A DNA stretch of 64,000 bases from a virus. Lineage: Duplodnaviria; Heunggongvirae; Uroviricota; Caudoviricetes. Position 1 is the stretch's first letter, and every line of letters begins with the position of its first letter. The DNA lies in the IMG/VR virus record IMGVR_UViG_3300047393_000100. One strand, 5' to 3'. The position numbers and the translations under genes are program-made. Below are positions 47,969 to 57,679 of this stretch, piece by piece. The notes under the pieces were generated by a model. The model did not search any database. It was not told the origin of the DNA and was given only the letters and a program-made list of their open reading frames with translations.

Positions 47969-48861
47969 GAAGCTTATTAAAAAGAGGAGATAATGGAGAA
48001 GATGTTAAATTACTTCAAAAGGCCTTAGGATTAAAGGGAGATGGAAACTTTGGTCCAAAAACAGAAGATGCTGTTAAAAACTTTCAAGGAAGTCATGGCC
48101 TTGTAATCGATGGATTAGTAGGACCAACCACTCAGCGTTTAATATTTAAACAAGACCTTGAAAACCACATAGATACACAATTAACAGTCCATTCCTTTGA
48201 ATTATTATATATGGATAATGATGAATATTATTCTGGACCAAATAAACCGGAGTATTTATTTTTGCATCATACAGCAGGCGGACCAAATCCAGTTAGCACA
48301 GTAAAGCAATGGAACGATGATATTAGGGGTAAAATTGCAACAGAGTTTGTAATTGGAGGACCATCGATAAATGGTAAAGAAACCAAATATGATGGTATAA
48401 TTGTTAAATGTATGCCAGATGGTGCATATGCAAATCATCTTGGAGATAATGGTTCTCGATCAATGCATGTTAATTCAGTAGGAATTGAAGTTTGTAATTT
48501 TGGTCCATTAACTAAAGTAGGTGAAGTATTTAAAACATACACAGGTGCAATTGTCCACAAGGATCAGGTATGCGATTTAGGATTCATATTTCGAGGAAGT
48601 AGATATTATCATAAATATTCAGATGCGCAAATAGAGGCACTCAGAGAACTAATCTTGTTTATTAAAGAACGAAATGGAATCAATATTAAAAAAGGATTAG
48701 TCGAATGGTTAAATACTAAAACGCCAGCCGAAGCATTTGATTTTAATAAAGATGCATGGGCAGGTAAAGTTAAAGGTATGTTAAGTCACACATCAACTAG
48801 AAAAGATAAATCCGATATGTCTCCACAACCTAATTTAATCACAATGTTAAAATCTTTATAA
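47965..48861 (+). CDS. endolysin: peptidoglycan-binding domain plus N-acetylmuramoyl-L-alanine amidase (amidase_2/PGRP-like)
   Basis: N-terminal PG_binding_1-like LLKRGDNGEDVKLLQKALG..DGNFGPKT. A downstream catalytic region with conserved His/Cys. Confidence 0.6.
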   Translation: MRSLLKRGDNGEDVKLLQKALGLKGDGNFGPKTEDAVKNFQGSHGLVIDGLVGPTTQRLIFKQDLENHIDTQLTVHSFELLYMDNDEYYSGPNKPEYLFLHHTAGGPNPVSTVKQWNDDIRGKIATEFVIGGPSINGKETKYDGIIVKCMPDGAYANHLGDNGSRSMHVNSVGIEVCNFGPLTKVGEVFKTYTGAIVHKDQVCDLGFIFRGSRYYHKYSDAQIEALRELILFIKERNGINIKKGLVEWLNTKTPAEAFDFNKDAWAGKVKGMLSHTSTRKDKSDMSPQPNLITMLKSL

Positions 48862-49535
48862 TGAAACCAACTGTAGATACCGGTAGAATTGAAACCATAT
48901 CAAATATCTTAAATAACTCGGCTGCAAAGACAGGGGTTGAAATAGGAGTTTTTAAAGGAGAATTCTCAAGAAACATTTTAGAAAGATGGAATGGAACCTT
49001 ATACCTTGTAGATCCATGGAGAGAATTATCAGATGAAGAATACCTAGACTCATCAAATCACAAGAACCATCAAGATGCTTTTGCACAAACAATGGAATCT
49101 ATTAAAGGATTTGAAAACAGGGCATTTATGCTAAGAGGATTAGGAGAGGAAATGGTTCATCTGTTTCAAGATAATTCACTAGACTATATTTATATTGATG
49201 GCAATCATGATTATGACCATGTGAAACAAGACCTTGAATTATGGTGGCCAAAATTAAAAGAAGGAGGTTTACTTGCCGGCCATGATTATTTATTAGTAGA
49301 TTGGCCAACCGCACCTAAAATGGATAATGGCAAAGATATACATGTATGGGCAGATGGATACCAGTGGTCTCTCAGAGATTATCCAGGTAACGTAGAAGAT
49401 GGATATGCAGGAGTATTTGGAGTTAATCCAGCTGTTGATGAATTTGTAAATGAACATAAACTAAAATATGAACTTACAAATGAATGGACATCCTCATTTA
49501 TAATTATTAAACCAAAAGGAAACAAATCTAAATAA
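48861..49535 (+). CDS. class I SAM-dependent methyltransferase (TylF/MycF-like)
   Basis: VEIGVFKGEFS, LYLVDPW and IYIDGNHDYD..GGLLAGHDY motifs. Confidence 0.55.
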   Translation: MKPTVDTGRIETISNILNNSAAKTGVEIGVFKGEFSRNILERWNGTLYLVDPWRELSDEEYLDSSNHKNHQDAFAQTMESIKGFENRAFMLRGLGEEMVHLFQDNSLDYIYIDGNHDYDHVKQDLELWWPKLKEGGLLAGHDYLLVDWPTAPKMDNGKDIHVWADGYQWSLRDYPGNVEDGYAGVFGVNPAVDEFVNEHKLKYELTNEWTSSFIIIKPKGNKSK

Positions 49536-49570
49536 ATTTATATAATAATCAATAACTAAAATTTTAAATT

Positions 49571-49786
49571 ATGTCACAAGTTAACGAACAGGTAATTGAA
49601 CAAAATCAGGAATCAAACCCAGATTTTCAACCAATTTTCGAAGAGATCCAAGGAATGGACCAAACGGGAGCAGTTAATGTATTAATTCAAGCAGCGGGTC
49701 AGGCACAAGCGTCAGGAGCTCTTTCAGTTAGAGATTCTGTGATGGTTGCTCAAGCAATTAATCTATTACAACCGGGTACGATTTAA
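49571..49786 (+). CDS. small Gln/Ala-rich protein
   Basis: ORF. Confidence 0.35.
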   Translation: MSQVNEQVIEQNQESNPDFQPIFEEIQGMDQTGAVNVLIQAAGQAQASGALSVRDSVMVAQAINLLQPGTI

Positions 49787-50120
49787 GAATCTAACTACTG
49801 TTATTTAATCAAAGACTCTAAGAAATTAGGGTCTTTTTTATTTTCAGAGTTCTCAGGGAATTTTTGGAAAATTTATTTTTAGGGGTGATATAGCACCCCT
49901 AACCCCTAGCCCCCATGCACGGGCAAATCCCCAGTAATAGTCAGAGGGCCACAGAATATTTAAATTACTGTAACCCTCTAAATGCTTTGATGAATACCCA
50001 ACCGACCATCCAAAACCTACGATGCTGCATGAGATGATGAGGTGCCCTCTAGGGGAGAATATCATATGCAACATAGTATTAAGATACTTAAATCCCCTAC
50101 ACCACGTCGCCCAATTGGAT

Positions 50121-50258
50121 TTAATTGCCCTGTCCCTTGTATATTTTTTTGTAGTTTTGAGAGCCTTTGTTTTTTGAAGATTTAGTTTTTGCGTGTACGC
50201 CCTTTCTTACCTTTTTAGGTTTTTCTTTAGTTAGGACTGATGCTGAAGTTTTAGCCAT
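50121..50258 (-). CDS. small Lys-rich basic protein (candidate)
   Basis: Minus-strand 45-aa ORF MAKTSASVLTKEKPKKVRKGVHAKTKSSKNKGSQNYKKIYKGQGN, inside the compositionally atypical island 49790-50340. Confidence 0.3.
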   Translation of the reverse strand: MAKTSASVLTKEKPKKVRKGVHAKTKSSKNKGSQNYKKIYKGQGN

Positions 50259-50362
50259 GAGAAATGTTATATTTTTAAGGATATTTATCCACTACTAGGG
50301 CATCTTTTTGATCATTTTTGAAAATAAATAGAAAAAAGTTTTCACGGGTCAAAAACTTTAGT

Positions 50363-50397
50363 TATATTTACATTATAATTAAAACAAACAAATAAAA
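50363..50397 (+). promoter_or_regulatory. promoter-like box
   Basis: Consensus box upstream of a 27-aa membrane ORF at 50399. Confidence 0.55.
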
Positions 50398-50485
50398 GAT
50401 GGATTTAGGTACAAGTATAATGATGTCAGTTATGTTCATATGTTGGGCAGCTGTAATGATCGCAATTATTAAAAATAGGTAGAAC

Positions 50486-50686
50486 ATGGAGCCAGTTTAT
50501 ATAATTATAGCAGGCATAGGTTCATTAATCGCACTATCGATACTACTGATATTAACACCATATAATATAAAGTATAAAGGTAAGTGTATTATACATGATT
50601 GGGAGTATAAAATTTCGTGTGAATGGACATGGGAGATTAATCGAAGATACGTTTGTAAAAAATGTCAAAAAATAGAGAAAGCATGA
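50486..50686 (+). CDS. small membrane protein with CxxC pair
   Basis: ORF. Confidence 0.4.
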   Translation: MEPVYIIIAGIGSLIALSILLILTPYNIKYKGKCIIHDWEYKISCEWTWEINRRYVCKKCQKIEKA

Positions 50687-51519
50687 TAAAAAATATCCAC
50701 ATAGTAGCAACAGAAAATTCAAGTAAATTATCTTACAATAAAGATGGTGTATTAGTTTTACACAGACTTCAATGGAGAAAGGGTACACAACACATTTACA
50801 TCACTGCAGACGCAGATATTAATGAGAATGATTATATTATTACTAAAGATGGTAGATTAGTTCAAGTATCTTATTTACTATCTAAAGATTTAGAAGGTGC
50901 ATCAAAGGTAGTCCTAACAACAGATCATGACTTAATCAATAATGATGTTCAAAAGATTGACGATGAGGATTTTGCATGGTTTGTGAAAAATCCAAGTTGT
51001 GAGTTTGTTGAAATTAAAATCGTGCATAGTTTTGGAGAATTGCCAAATAATGAATTTTTATCTAATAAAATAATTTACAAAGCAATCATTCCAAAAAAGA
51101 ACTTCTATTGTGGTGATGAGGTTGATTATGACGATAAGTGTTTAGAACAATGCGAAAATTGTAATGATTGTACAGGAGTTGATTATGGGTATTTACCAAA
51201 AGAATTCAAACACGAATTCAAAGTACTAACTAAAGAAGAAGTAATGGAAGGAAGAAGTTCAGCTTATGAGTTTATTGATTTTGATAAACAAGATATGAAA
51301 ACTGCAAACGAATTTTATAATGAAGATTTAACTCCTTTACAAAATATGATTGAATTTGCTAAATGGCAACAAAAAGGAAGTTATAGTGAGGAAGATATGA
51401 TTGAAGCATCAAAGTATGGTTATAACTTTCACAAAACAACTCAATTCCCTACGCAAGAATTTGAAGATAGTTGTATTAGAAATACTAAGCAATGGTTGAC
51501 ACGAATTAGAAAGAAATAA
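50662..51519 (+). CDS. hypothetical protein
   Basis: ORF. Confidence 0.5.
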   Translation: MSKNRESMIKNIHIVATENSSKLSYNKDGVLVLHRLQWRKGTQHIYITADADINENDYIITKDGRLVQVSYLLSKDLEGASKVVLTTDHDLINNDVQKIDDEDFAWFVKNPSCEFVEIKIVHSFGELPNNEFLSNKIIYKAIIPKKNFYCGDEVDYDDKCLEQCENCNDCTGVDYGYLPKEFKHEFKVLTKEEVMEGRSSAYEFIDFDKQDMKTANEFYNEDLTPLQNMIEFAKWQQKGSYSEEDMIEASKYGYNFHKTTQFPTQEFEDSCIRNTKQWLTRIRKK

Positions 51520-51522
51520 GAT

Positions 51523-51747
51523 ATGACACTAAAGGATAAATTTGAACAATGGTTCATCAATGACGAAGAAGAACACTATGAAGGTATGGTAGAAACAGTT
51601 GCCATTGAACATGAAAAGGTAGCAGACGAGTTTGCTATTGATTTTGCAGAGTGGTGTGTTAAAAATGAATTATTTTACGCAATACAATATGGTCGTATTG
51701 AAACAAAGGAACTATTAAAAATCTATAAAAAAGAGAAAGGATTATGA
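51523..51747 (+). CDS. 74-aa protein, paralog of 34965..35189
   Basis: High identity; the same ATGA overlap with the next gene. Confidence 0.55.
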   Translation: MTLKDKFEQWFINDEEEHYEGMVETVAIEHEKVADEFAIDFAEWCVKNELFYAIQYGRIETKELLKIYKKEKGL

Positions 51748-52313
51748 AAGTAATATTCCTAGATAACGATGGTGTTATCTGTCTCCTTAATAATTGGGGA
51801 GGTCGGCAAAAGAAATGGGCCAAATACAGATCTGCCAATCCAGAAAGTAGTCTATTTTTAAAAGATGCTCCTGTTGAGATAAGATTTGATGATTTTGATA
51901 AAAAGGCAATTAAGGTACTTAATCAGATCCTAGAAGAGACTGGTGCTGAAATTGTTGTAAGTTCTGATTGGAAATTGCATGCAACATTAGAGGAACTTGG
52001 AGATTACTATGAAGCACAAGGGATTATTAAACGTCCAATTGCAATTACTCCAAATCTACATGAATTCGATCCAGAAACAAATGACATGTTTATGTGGAAA
52101 AGATGGTTAGAACGTAAAAGAATTCTCGAGATTGAAAGATATTTAATGACCACTCCCTGTATAGATCAATGGGTTGCAGTTGACGATTTAAACATGAGTC
52201 CTGGAGCAAATGGAGGAATTGGACTTGCAAATTTTGTCTTGACTCCTCGAAGTGCTGAAGGAATCAAGCAATGTAACATTAAAGATGAAATTGTTAATAA
52301 CTTTTTAGAATAA
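51744..52313 (+). CDS. HAD-superfamily phosphatase-like protein
   Basis: Motif I FLDNDGV; paralog of 53304..53789. Confidence 0.55.
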   Translation: MKVIFLDNDGVICLLNNWGGRQKKWAKYRSANPESSLFLKDAPVEIRFDDFDKKAIKVLNQILEETGAEIVVSSDWKLHATLEELGDYYEAQGIIKRPIAITPNLHEFDPETNDMFMWKRWLERKRILEIERYLMTTPCIDQWVAVDDLNMSPGANGGIGLANFVLTPRSAEGIKQCNIKDEIVNNFLE

Positions 52314-52339
52314 ATGTTTCATGGTTCAAATATTATAGT

Positions 52340-52374
52340 TATATTTACATTATAATTAAAACAAACAAATACAC
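52340..52374 (+). promoter_or_regulatory. promoter-like box
   Basis: Consensus box; long repeat from 52291. Confidence 0.6.
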
Positions 52375-53304
52375 ATGGAAAATTCAATCAAAGTAGGTTA
52401 CGATTCTAAAACAGGTCTTTACACTTTTAAACCAACCACTGGATATGCTTCAACTATTGAAGTAAATGGAAAATCTGCAGTAGATGCATTAAGAGGTATT
52501 AGAGCTGGAGAATTAATTACACTTTCTGAAAAACCAGAAACTATTACATACAAAACAACGGCTAGAAAGTTAATTGGTTATGATAATATTGAAGACATGA
52601 CCACAATTACTCTTAGTGAATATCAAAAACTTAGACAGGTTGTTATTGACTCTAGGTTATATCTTGATGAAGATGCTGATGAGGAGGATGAATTCACTTA
52701 CAAAACATTAGAAGATGAGGTATTTGCTGTAAGATTCTTTAGAAGTTATAAAGCAATTTATGAAAATATTACCAATGTTCATAATTTAGAAATTGAATTA
52801 ATTGAATATCCAGTAAGTGCCTATAGAAACATTATTCCATTACATTCTATGGATGCTAAAAATGTTTTTGAAACTAACTGTAAATTTACTCCAAATAACA
52901 CTGAGTTATTCTTTGAGATTTGTGCTAGTTATGGAATTGATAAAAGTAGAATTGATATTCCTACACATTCTGGTTTAAGATTTGTAAAGATTGATGACAA
53001 ATTCATTGGAGGTATGGAAGACTTTGAAAGAACTTCAAGTGTTTCAATTATTAATTCGTATGAGACTTGCATCGAAAGAATGGAAGGTATTAAAACAAAA
53101 TTAACAGATTTGATAAGCTTTCATTTTGCGCGTCAATCAACAAAAATTATTGACAAGTCAACTGTTGGCCACTTATTAACTGAATTAACAATCTTAAAGA
53201 ATACTGTTAACGATCTTGATGTTAAACAAAAAGAACACAATTCACAAAGAGCAATCCTAAACCGAATTGCAGACTTACTTAATGTTTATAAAGAACAAGC
53301 ATAA
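52375..53304 (+). CDS. hypothetical protein
   Basis: ORF. Confidence 0.5.
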   Translation: MENSIKVGYDSKTGLYTFKPTTGYASTIEVNGKSAVDALRGIRAGELITLSEKPETITYKTTARKLIGYDNIEDMTTITLSEYQKLRQVVIDSRLYLDEDADEEDEFTYKTLEDEVFAVRFFRSYKAIYENITNVHNLEIELIEYPVSAYRNIIPLHSMDAKNVFETNCKFTPNNTELFFEICASYGIDKSRIDIPTHSGLRFVKIDDKFIGGMEDFERTSSVSIINSYETCIERMEGIKTKLTDLISFHFARQSTKIIDKSTVGHLLTELTILKNTVNDLDVKQKEHNSQRAILNRIADLLNVYKEQA

Positions 53305-53789
53305 TGAAAGTTATATTTTTAGATTTCGATGGAGTTCTTAATGTAATCTCCCAAGGTCATGATGGCTTTGGGGGAATATTCCATCCTGAATTTGTAGAAA
53401 ATCTTAAACATATCTTAGATGAAACATGTGCAAAATTAGTTATTAGTTCTTCTTGGCGTCACATGGGACTTGAGAAATTAAATATGATGTGGGAACATCG
53501 AGGTTATCCTGGAGAAATTATTGGAATTACACCGGATCTTTGGAGAAATGTTGTAGGTGAAGACTTCCATGAAAAAATGCAAAGAGGTCATGAAATTCAA
53601 GCAATCTTAGATCAAAAACCCGAAATAATTAATTACGTTATTCTTGACGACGACGACGATATGTTACCTACTCAACGAGGAAATTTTGTAATGTGTTCTA
53701 ATAATATCAATCATCCAGATTGTATTGATATAGGATATGGTTTAACTAAAGAATGTACAAATAAAGCAATAAGAATTTTAAATTGTTAA
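53304..53789 (+). CDS. HAD-superfamily phosphatase-like protein
   Basis: Motif I FLDFDGVLN, motif II SSSWR, C-terminal DDDDD. Confidence 0.55.
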   Translation: MKVIFLDFDGVLNVISQGHDGFGGIFHPEFVENLKHILDETCAKLVISSSWRHMGLEKLNMMWEHRGYPGEIIGITPDLWRNVVGEDFHEKMQRGHEIQAILDQKPEIINYVILDDDDDMLPTQRGNFVMCSNNINHPDCIDIGYGLTKECTNKAIRILNC

Positions 53790-53831
53790 TAACTTTTTGA
53801 AATAAATGTTTCCCATGTCAAATATAATAGT

Positions 53832-53863
53832 TATATTTACATTATAATTAAAACAAACAATAT
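53832..53863 (+). promoter_or_regulatory. promoter-like box
   Basis: Consensus box. Confidence 0.6.
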
Positions 53864-54172
53864 ATGTCAACTGAAAAAGTAGAGATTACAGTAATTAAAA
53901 CTAAACCTTTAAAATCAACCACGAGTGTTGAAGGTACCCTTGTACAATGTAGTAATAACCTTTGGTATGCCATTATTACAATGAGACCCAGTAGAAATCC
54001 ATGGTTTATGAAAGCAGTATCTGCTACTTCGACAGGTAGAACTGATATTAGTGCTGAACACTTTTCAATGAAATGTGCTGGTGTAAATCGACCAAATCCA
54101 GAAGATGGAGTTCAAACTTTATTAAATGCACTCAATGGAATTGAAGTTCCAAAGGACAAAATTGCGTATTAA
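53864..54172 (+). CDS. hypothetical protein
   Basis: ORF. Confidence 0.45.
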   Translation: MSTEKVEITVIKTKPLKSTTSVEGTLVQCSNNLWYAIITMRPSRNPWFMKAVSATSTGRTDISAEHFSMKCAGVNRPNPEDGVQTLLNALNGIEVPKDKIAY

Positions 54173-54190
54173 TAGTAAAAGCAAAGTAAA

Positions 54191-54799
54191 ATGATAAACA
54201 ACCTAGAAATAATCAAACCTCTCTTAAACTTTGAAAGCAAAGGAGACTTTTATATGCTATATGTGCTTAAACGTAAGAAAGATCAACCTGAAGATGAACG
54301 AGATAATCATCAATCAGTAAGAACTATTAAGACCTATTGTATTGAGAGTATTGAACACCTAGAACGCAGGTGGAGTGAAATACAGGACCTGTGTGAGATG
54401 TTTAAGGCTCGAGCATATATTCATGTTCAAAAACAAAATCACCGTGATGTGTCACTTAATATGATGGTTGCACTGGCACAAAGAATCCAGGATGGTAACC
54501 CAAATCAAAAGGGTTTATTTGATTCTGTAGTTGGTCAAATCAAAACACACGAAAAGAGATGGATTGTAGATATTGATACTAAAGATGAACAATTTGATAG
54601 AGAAGTTCAATTATTTATTAATACTAAATGTAGACCCTTTGGCGCGAAAATTATTGCTAACATCAGAACTAAAAATGGAAATCATTTAATCACAGAAAGA
54701 TTTGATGTTAAAACTTTTAGTGAAAAATTTCCTGAGATAGACATTCAACGTAAAAATCCAACACTTTTATATTATCCAAATAGCTTAGAAGATTGTTAA
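54191..54799 (+). CDS. hypothetical protein
   Basis: ORF. Confidence 0.45.
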   Translation: MINNLEIIKPLLNFESKGDFYMLYVLKRKKDQPEDERDNHQSVRTIKTYCIESIEHLERRWSEIQDLCEMFKARAYIHVQKQNHRDVSLNMMVALAQRIQDGNPNQKGLFDSVVGQIKTHEKRWIVDIDTKDEQFDREVQLFINTKCRPFGAKIIANIRTKNGNHLITERFDVKTFSEKFPEIDIQRKNPTLLYYPNSLEDC

Positions 54800-54841
54800 T
54801 AACTTTTTGAAATAAATGTTTCATGTTTCAAATATTATAGT

Positions 54842-54873
54842 TATATTTACATTATAATTAAAACAAATACATT
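54842..54873 (+). promoter_or_regulatory. promoter-like box
   Basis: Consensus box. Confidence 0.6.
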
Positions 54874-55074
54874 ATGACGACAAAATCAATTTTAGAAAAA
54901 GCCGAAACACTAAATGCAGAAGAATTCGTAAGATTCTTGGATTTAGCAAATATCGAATATTGCATTTTAGATTGTGACCTATTAGATTATAACAATGAAT
55001 ATTGCAACATTGAAGTTAAAGGTTTTAATGAAGATGAATCTATATTATTCTGCGATGGCAAACTACAAAAATAA
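54874..55074 (+). CDS. hypothetical protein
   Basis: ORF. Confidence 0.4.
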   Translation: MTTKSILEKAETLNAEEFVRFLDLANIEYCILDCDLLDYNNEYCNIEVKGFNEDESILFCDGKLQK

Positions 55075-55208
55075 TAACGATACAAATTTGATTATCTTCA
55101 TAATATTATTATCAGGATTTTGTCTTGGTTTTATAGTTGCTCAGGCAATATATGATAAAAGACCTATTACAGAAGAGGAATATTATGAATCACAAAAACA
55201 ACAATATT

Positions 55209-55622
55209 ATGAATAAAGTTTTATATATCATAAGAGGACTTCCAGGAAGTGGAAAATCCACATTGGCACATAGTTTGGTTGACGACGCTAAATTAGTATG
55301 TGAAGCAGATAAGTACCATATAGATGAAAATGGTAAATATAATTGGAAACCGGAAAATATAAAAGCAGCACATTCTTGGTGTCAAAATCAAGTCAAAAAC
55401 ATGATGTCATATACTGGATTTGGTTCTTTTTATAATAAAATAGTGGTTTCAAATACCTTCACACAGGAATGGGAAATGCAAGAGTATTTAGATATGGCAA
55501 AGGAACATGGATATATGGTATTTTCTATTATTGTAGAAAATAGGCATGGTGGAATAAATATACACAATGTTCCAGATGATACGTTAACTAAAATGAGAGA
55601 TCGTTTTGAAGTAAAATTATAG
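55209..55622 (+). CDS. P-loop kinase (polynucleotide / nucleotide kinase-like)
   Basis: Walker A GLPGSGKST close to the N-terminus when started at the ATG at 55209. The track ORF 55137 is extended upstream in frame. Confidence 0.55.
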   Translation: MNKVLYIIRGLPGSGKSTLAHSLVDDAKLVCEADKYHIDENGKYNWKPENIKAAHSWCQNQVKNMMSYTGFGSFYNKIVVSNTFTQEWEMQEYLDMAKEHGYMVFSIIVENRHGGINIHNVPDDTLTKMRDRFEVKL

Positions 55623-55623
55623 C

Positions 55624-56364
55624 ATGAGAAAGATACTAATATGCATGTTTCTTTGTTATACATCATCAGCATATTCTCAAACTAAAATAAAGATTGGTAT
55701 TGGTGCAAATACATCATCCGGAAACGCAAATATAATAGGATTATCTTCGCAATTTTCTTTAAGTAGAGAAGACTCTACTAGAGTTTGGTCTATTCACCCT
55801 AGTTTTGTTTACACGCTAATTAAAAATAATAATAATGACTGGGAAGAAAGACAAAGAGAATCTTATATCAGTGGATCATATACTCAGAAATTTGGCCGTT
55901 GGAAATTAATTGGAATTGTCGAAGCTGAAAATTCAGCATTGAAAAAGATTCTTATCAGAGGATCTTCAGGTATTGGTGTCGAGTATGATATATTACGAAA
56001 AAAGCAAACAACGATTGCATTATCCAATGTAATTATGCCTGAAATTTATCAATCTGAGATTCCTTTGGTAAAAGATCTTTTTAGTGTTCGAAGTAGTACA
56101 CGATTTAAAATAGTATGGACCGGACCTATAAAAATTCAATTAGTTACATTTTTTCAACCTGCGATATGGTCAGATCAAGAATTAGATTTTTTAGATAATA
56201 TACAATTACGAAGCATAAATTCAATAGAGTTTCCTATATCAAAAAAGTTATCACTTACATGTTATCTTAACGTGAATACTTCAACATTTTCACATTATAT
56301 AAATCCTAAAGTGGAATCAACCGATATGAACACATCTATATTATTTACTTATAAAAATTTTTAA
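55624..56364 (+). CDS. secreted / outer-membrane beta-barrel-like protein
   Basis: Signal peptide, alternating-polarity strands, and a C-terminal aromatic residue (..YKNF). Confidence 0.45.
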   Translation: MRKILICMFLCYTSSAYSQTKIKIGIGANTSSGNANIIGLSSQFSLSREDSTRVWSIHPSFVYTLIKNNNNDWEERQRESYISGSYTQKFGRWKLIGIVEAENSALKKILIRGSSGIGVEYDILRKKQTTIALSNVIMPEIYQSEIPLVKDLFSVRSSTRFKIVWTGPIKIQLVTFFQPAIWSDQELDFLDNIQLRSINSIEFPISKKLSLTCYLNVNTSTFSHYINPKVESTDMNTSILFTYKNF

Positions 56365-56365
56365 T

Positions 56366-56947
56366 ATGAAACTATACACACAAAAACAGGTTAAAGAACT
56401 TTTAGAAACACAGAGAGGTAATTGTTATGTTGCAGTTAAAATTATAACTAAAGATGAAGAAATTGCAAGTTTAGCATCTAATGCACCCCTTCCGGGTGGT
56501 GATGATTTCGATAAGTACTATGGAATAGATCCAGAATCTTTATTTAAAGAGGATTTAGAGGACAGAGAATTACAAGGAAACTATGAATGTTTTAAGAAGC
56601 ACAGAGAATCTGCAAAGACATCATATAACACAATAGTTCCAACTCTAAATTCTATGATTAGTAAAATAGTTAATCTTAAAGAATTAATAGTTTCATTATC
56701 AGTACAGGGATTGCCAACTGAAAAGGCTGTAAAAAGACTTGCCAAACTTGACAATAGTTTTACTAAACTTTCAGAAAAGGCAGATCAGTACAAGGAAGAG
56801 ATGGATAAACAGGACACTTTGATTGATAGATATAAGCGTTTAAACGAATCTAAATTGTTTATGCATTGGAAATATTTAACACACTTAAAGGTCACAAAAG
56901 AATTGTGGATGGATTGGAAGAAACAATATGAAGATGTAATGATATAA
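56366..56947 (+). CDS. hypothetical protein
   Basis: ORF. Confidence 0.45.
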   Translation: MKLYTQKQVKELLETQRGNCYVAVKIITKDEEIASLASNAPLPGGDDFDKYYGIDPESLFKEDLEDRELQGNYECFKKHRESAKTSYNTIVPTLNSMISKIVNLKELIVSLSVQGLPTEKAVKRLAKLDNSFTKLSEKADQYKEEMDKQDTLIDRYKRLNESKLFMHWKYLTHLKVTKELWMDWKKQYEDVMI

Positions 56948-56952
56948 TATAT

Positions 56953-57234
56953 ATGGAATTACCAACAGATTATACAAAGCTAAAACCTAAACAGAGAAGA
57001 GAGGTTAGAGAACAATACATAAAGGATCAAAATAATAAATGTATGCATTGTGATGAAGAGTTAGATAAACAACCACCTTTAAACATATTAAATAAATCAA
57101 TAAATTGGAGATTATTTCCAATTGGGTTTTTACAAAATCCTATTCATCTCCAACATTGCCATAAAACAAATATGACTGAAGGCGCAATACACGCTTACTG
57201 TAATGCAGTTTTATGGCAATATGAAGGTAGATAA
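56953..57234 (+). CDS. endonuclease VII-like (HNH-type) small nuclease candidate
   Basis: CMHCDEEL ... HLQHCHKTNMTEGAIHAYCN resembles the C..C / HCH..G..RG..C.CN signature of T4 endo VII. Confidence 0.4.
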   Translation: MELPTDYTKLKPKQRREVREQYIKDQNNKCMHCDEELDKQPPLNILNKSINWRLFPIGFLQNPIHLQHCHKTNMTEGAIHAYCNAVLWQYEGR

Positions 57235-57240
57235 TAAAAG

Positions 57241-57440
57241 AAGAACCTGCTACATAACACGGCGCCAAATTAATTGTGACATGTACTATCTGGAAGGTCA
57301 GGTCAGGTTCTTTAGATTTACCAATGCTCGCTGTTAATTGAGAGGTAGAGGGTATTAATTTCCGAACAAGGGTTAATAGTAGGAAGACGCCACTCATTGC
57401 ACTCAATCAGTAACCCTGCTCTTGTTCTTCTAATGTGAGA
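57241..57440 (+). ncRNA. conserved structured non-coding element, copy B
   Basis: 9-bp stem AAGAACCTG..CAGGTTCTT. The segment 57345-57417 aligns to 347-470 with a compensated stem (GGGTTA..TAACCC). Upstream parts also align to 160-267. Confidence 0.35.
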
Positions 57441-57482
57441 AATCCTGTTAGTTAATAAGAAAGACCAAGGTTGGTAAATTTT

Positions 57483-57573
57483 AATCGGTTGGTGTAAGAT
57501 CTGGAGTTCTAGACGATGGTAACATGGGCGGCCTGGCGCTGCTATGATAAGGGTTCGAATCCCTTACCGATTT
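57483..57573 (+). tRNA. type II-length tRNA-like gene, identity unresolved
   Basis: Perfect 7-bp acceptor AATCGGT/ACCGATT and T-arm AAGGG-TTCGAAT-CCCTT. I could not find a canonical anticodon arm among the 91 nt. Confidence 0.35.
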
Positions 57574-57612
57574 CAAATAATTAGATTGAACACAATTATT
57601 GACACGGCTCTG

Positions 57613-57679
57613 CAGAGCTAGGAGAGGTTTGGTTAGCTCTGTACAGTACAAGCACGAGGTTCGAATCCTCGCTCTCCAC
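57613..57679 (+). ncRNA. tRNA-like 3' domain, homolog of 40746-40789
   Basis: 8-bp hairpin CAGAGCTA..TAGCTCTG whose loop contains GGAGAG. Then T-arm CGAGG-TTCGAAT-CCTCG and 3' acceptor strand CTCTCCA, the same acceptor sequence as the permuted element at 40782. Confidence 0.3.

Noticed and set aside
54995-55216. ORF 54995..55216 and the long N-terminal extension of the kinase ORF (55137).
   Set aside because: The two overlap in different frames. The Walker A motif lies close to the ATG at 55209, so the kinase is called from there. 54995..55216 may be real but has no support.
57241-57573. Possible tmRNA (ssrA): about 330 nt ending in a tRNA-like T-arm and acceptor.
   Set aside because: The 5' acceptor partner AATCGGT lies only 91 nt upstream of the 3' end. 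No GGGG-type 5' end, resume codon or tag reading frame and no pseudoknot signature were seen. More likely a tRNA-like gene preceded by a separate structured element.
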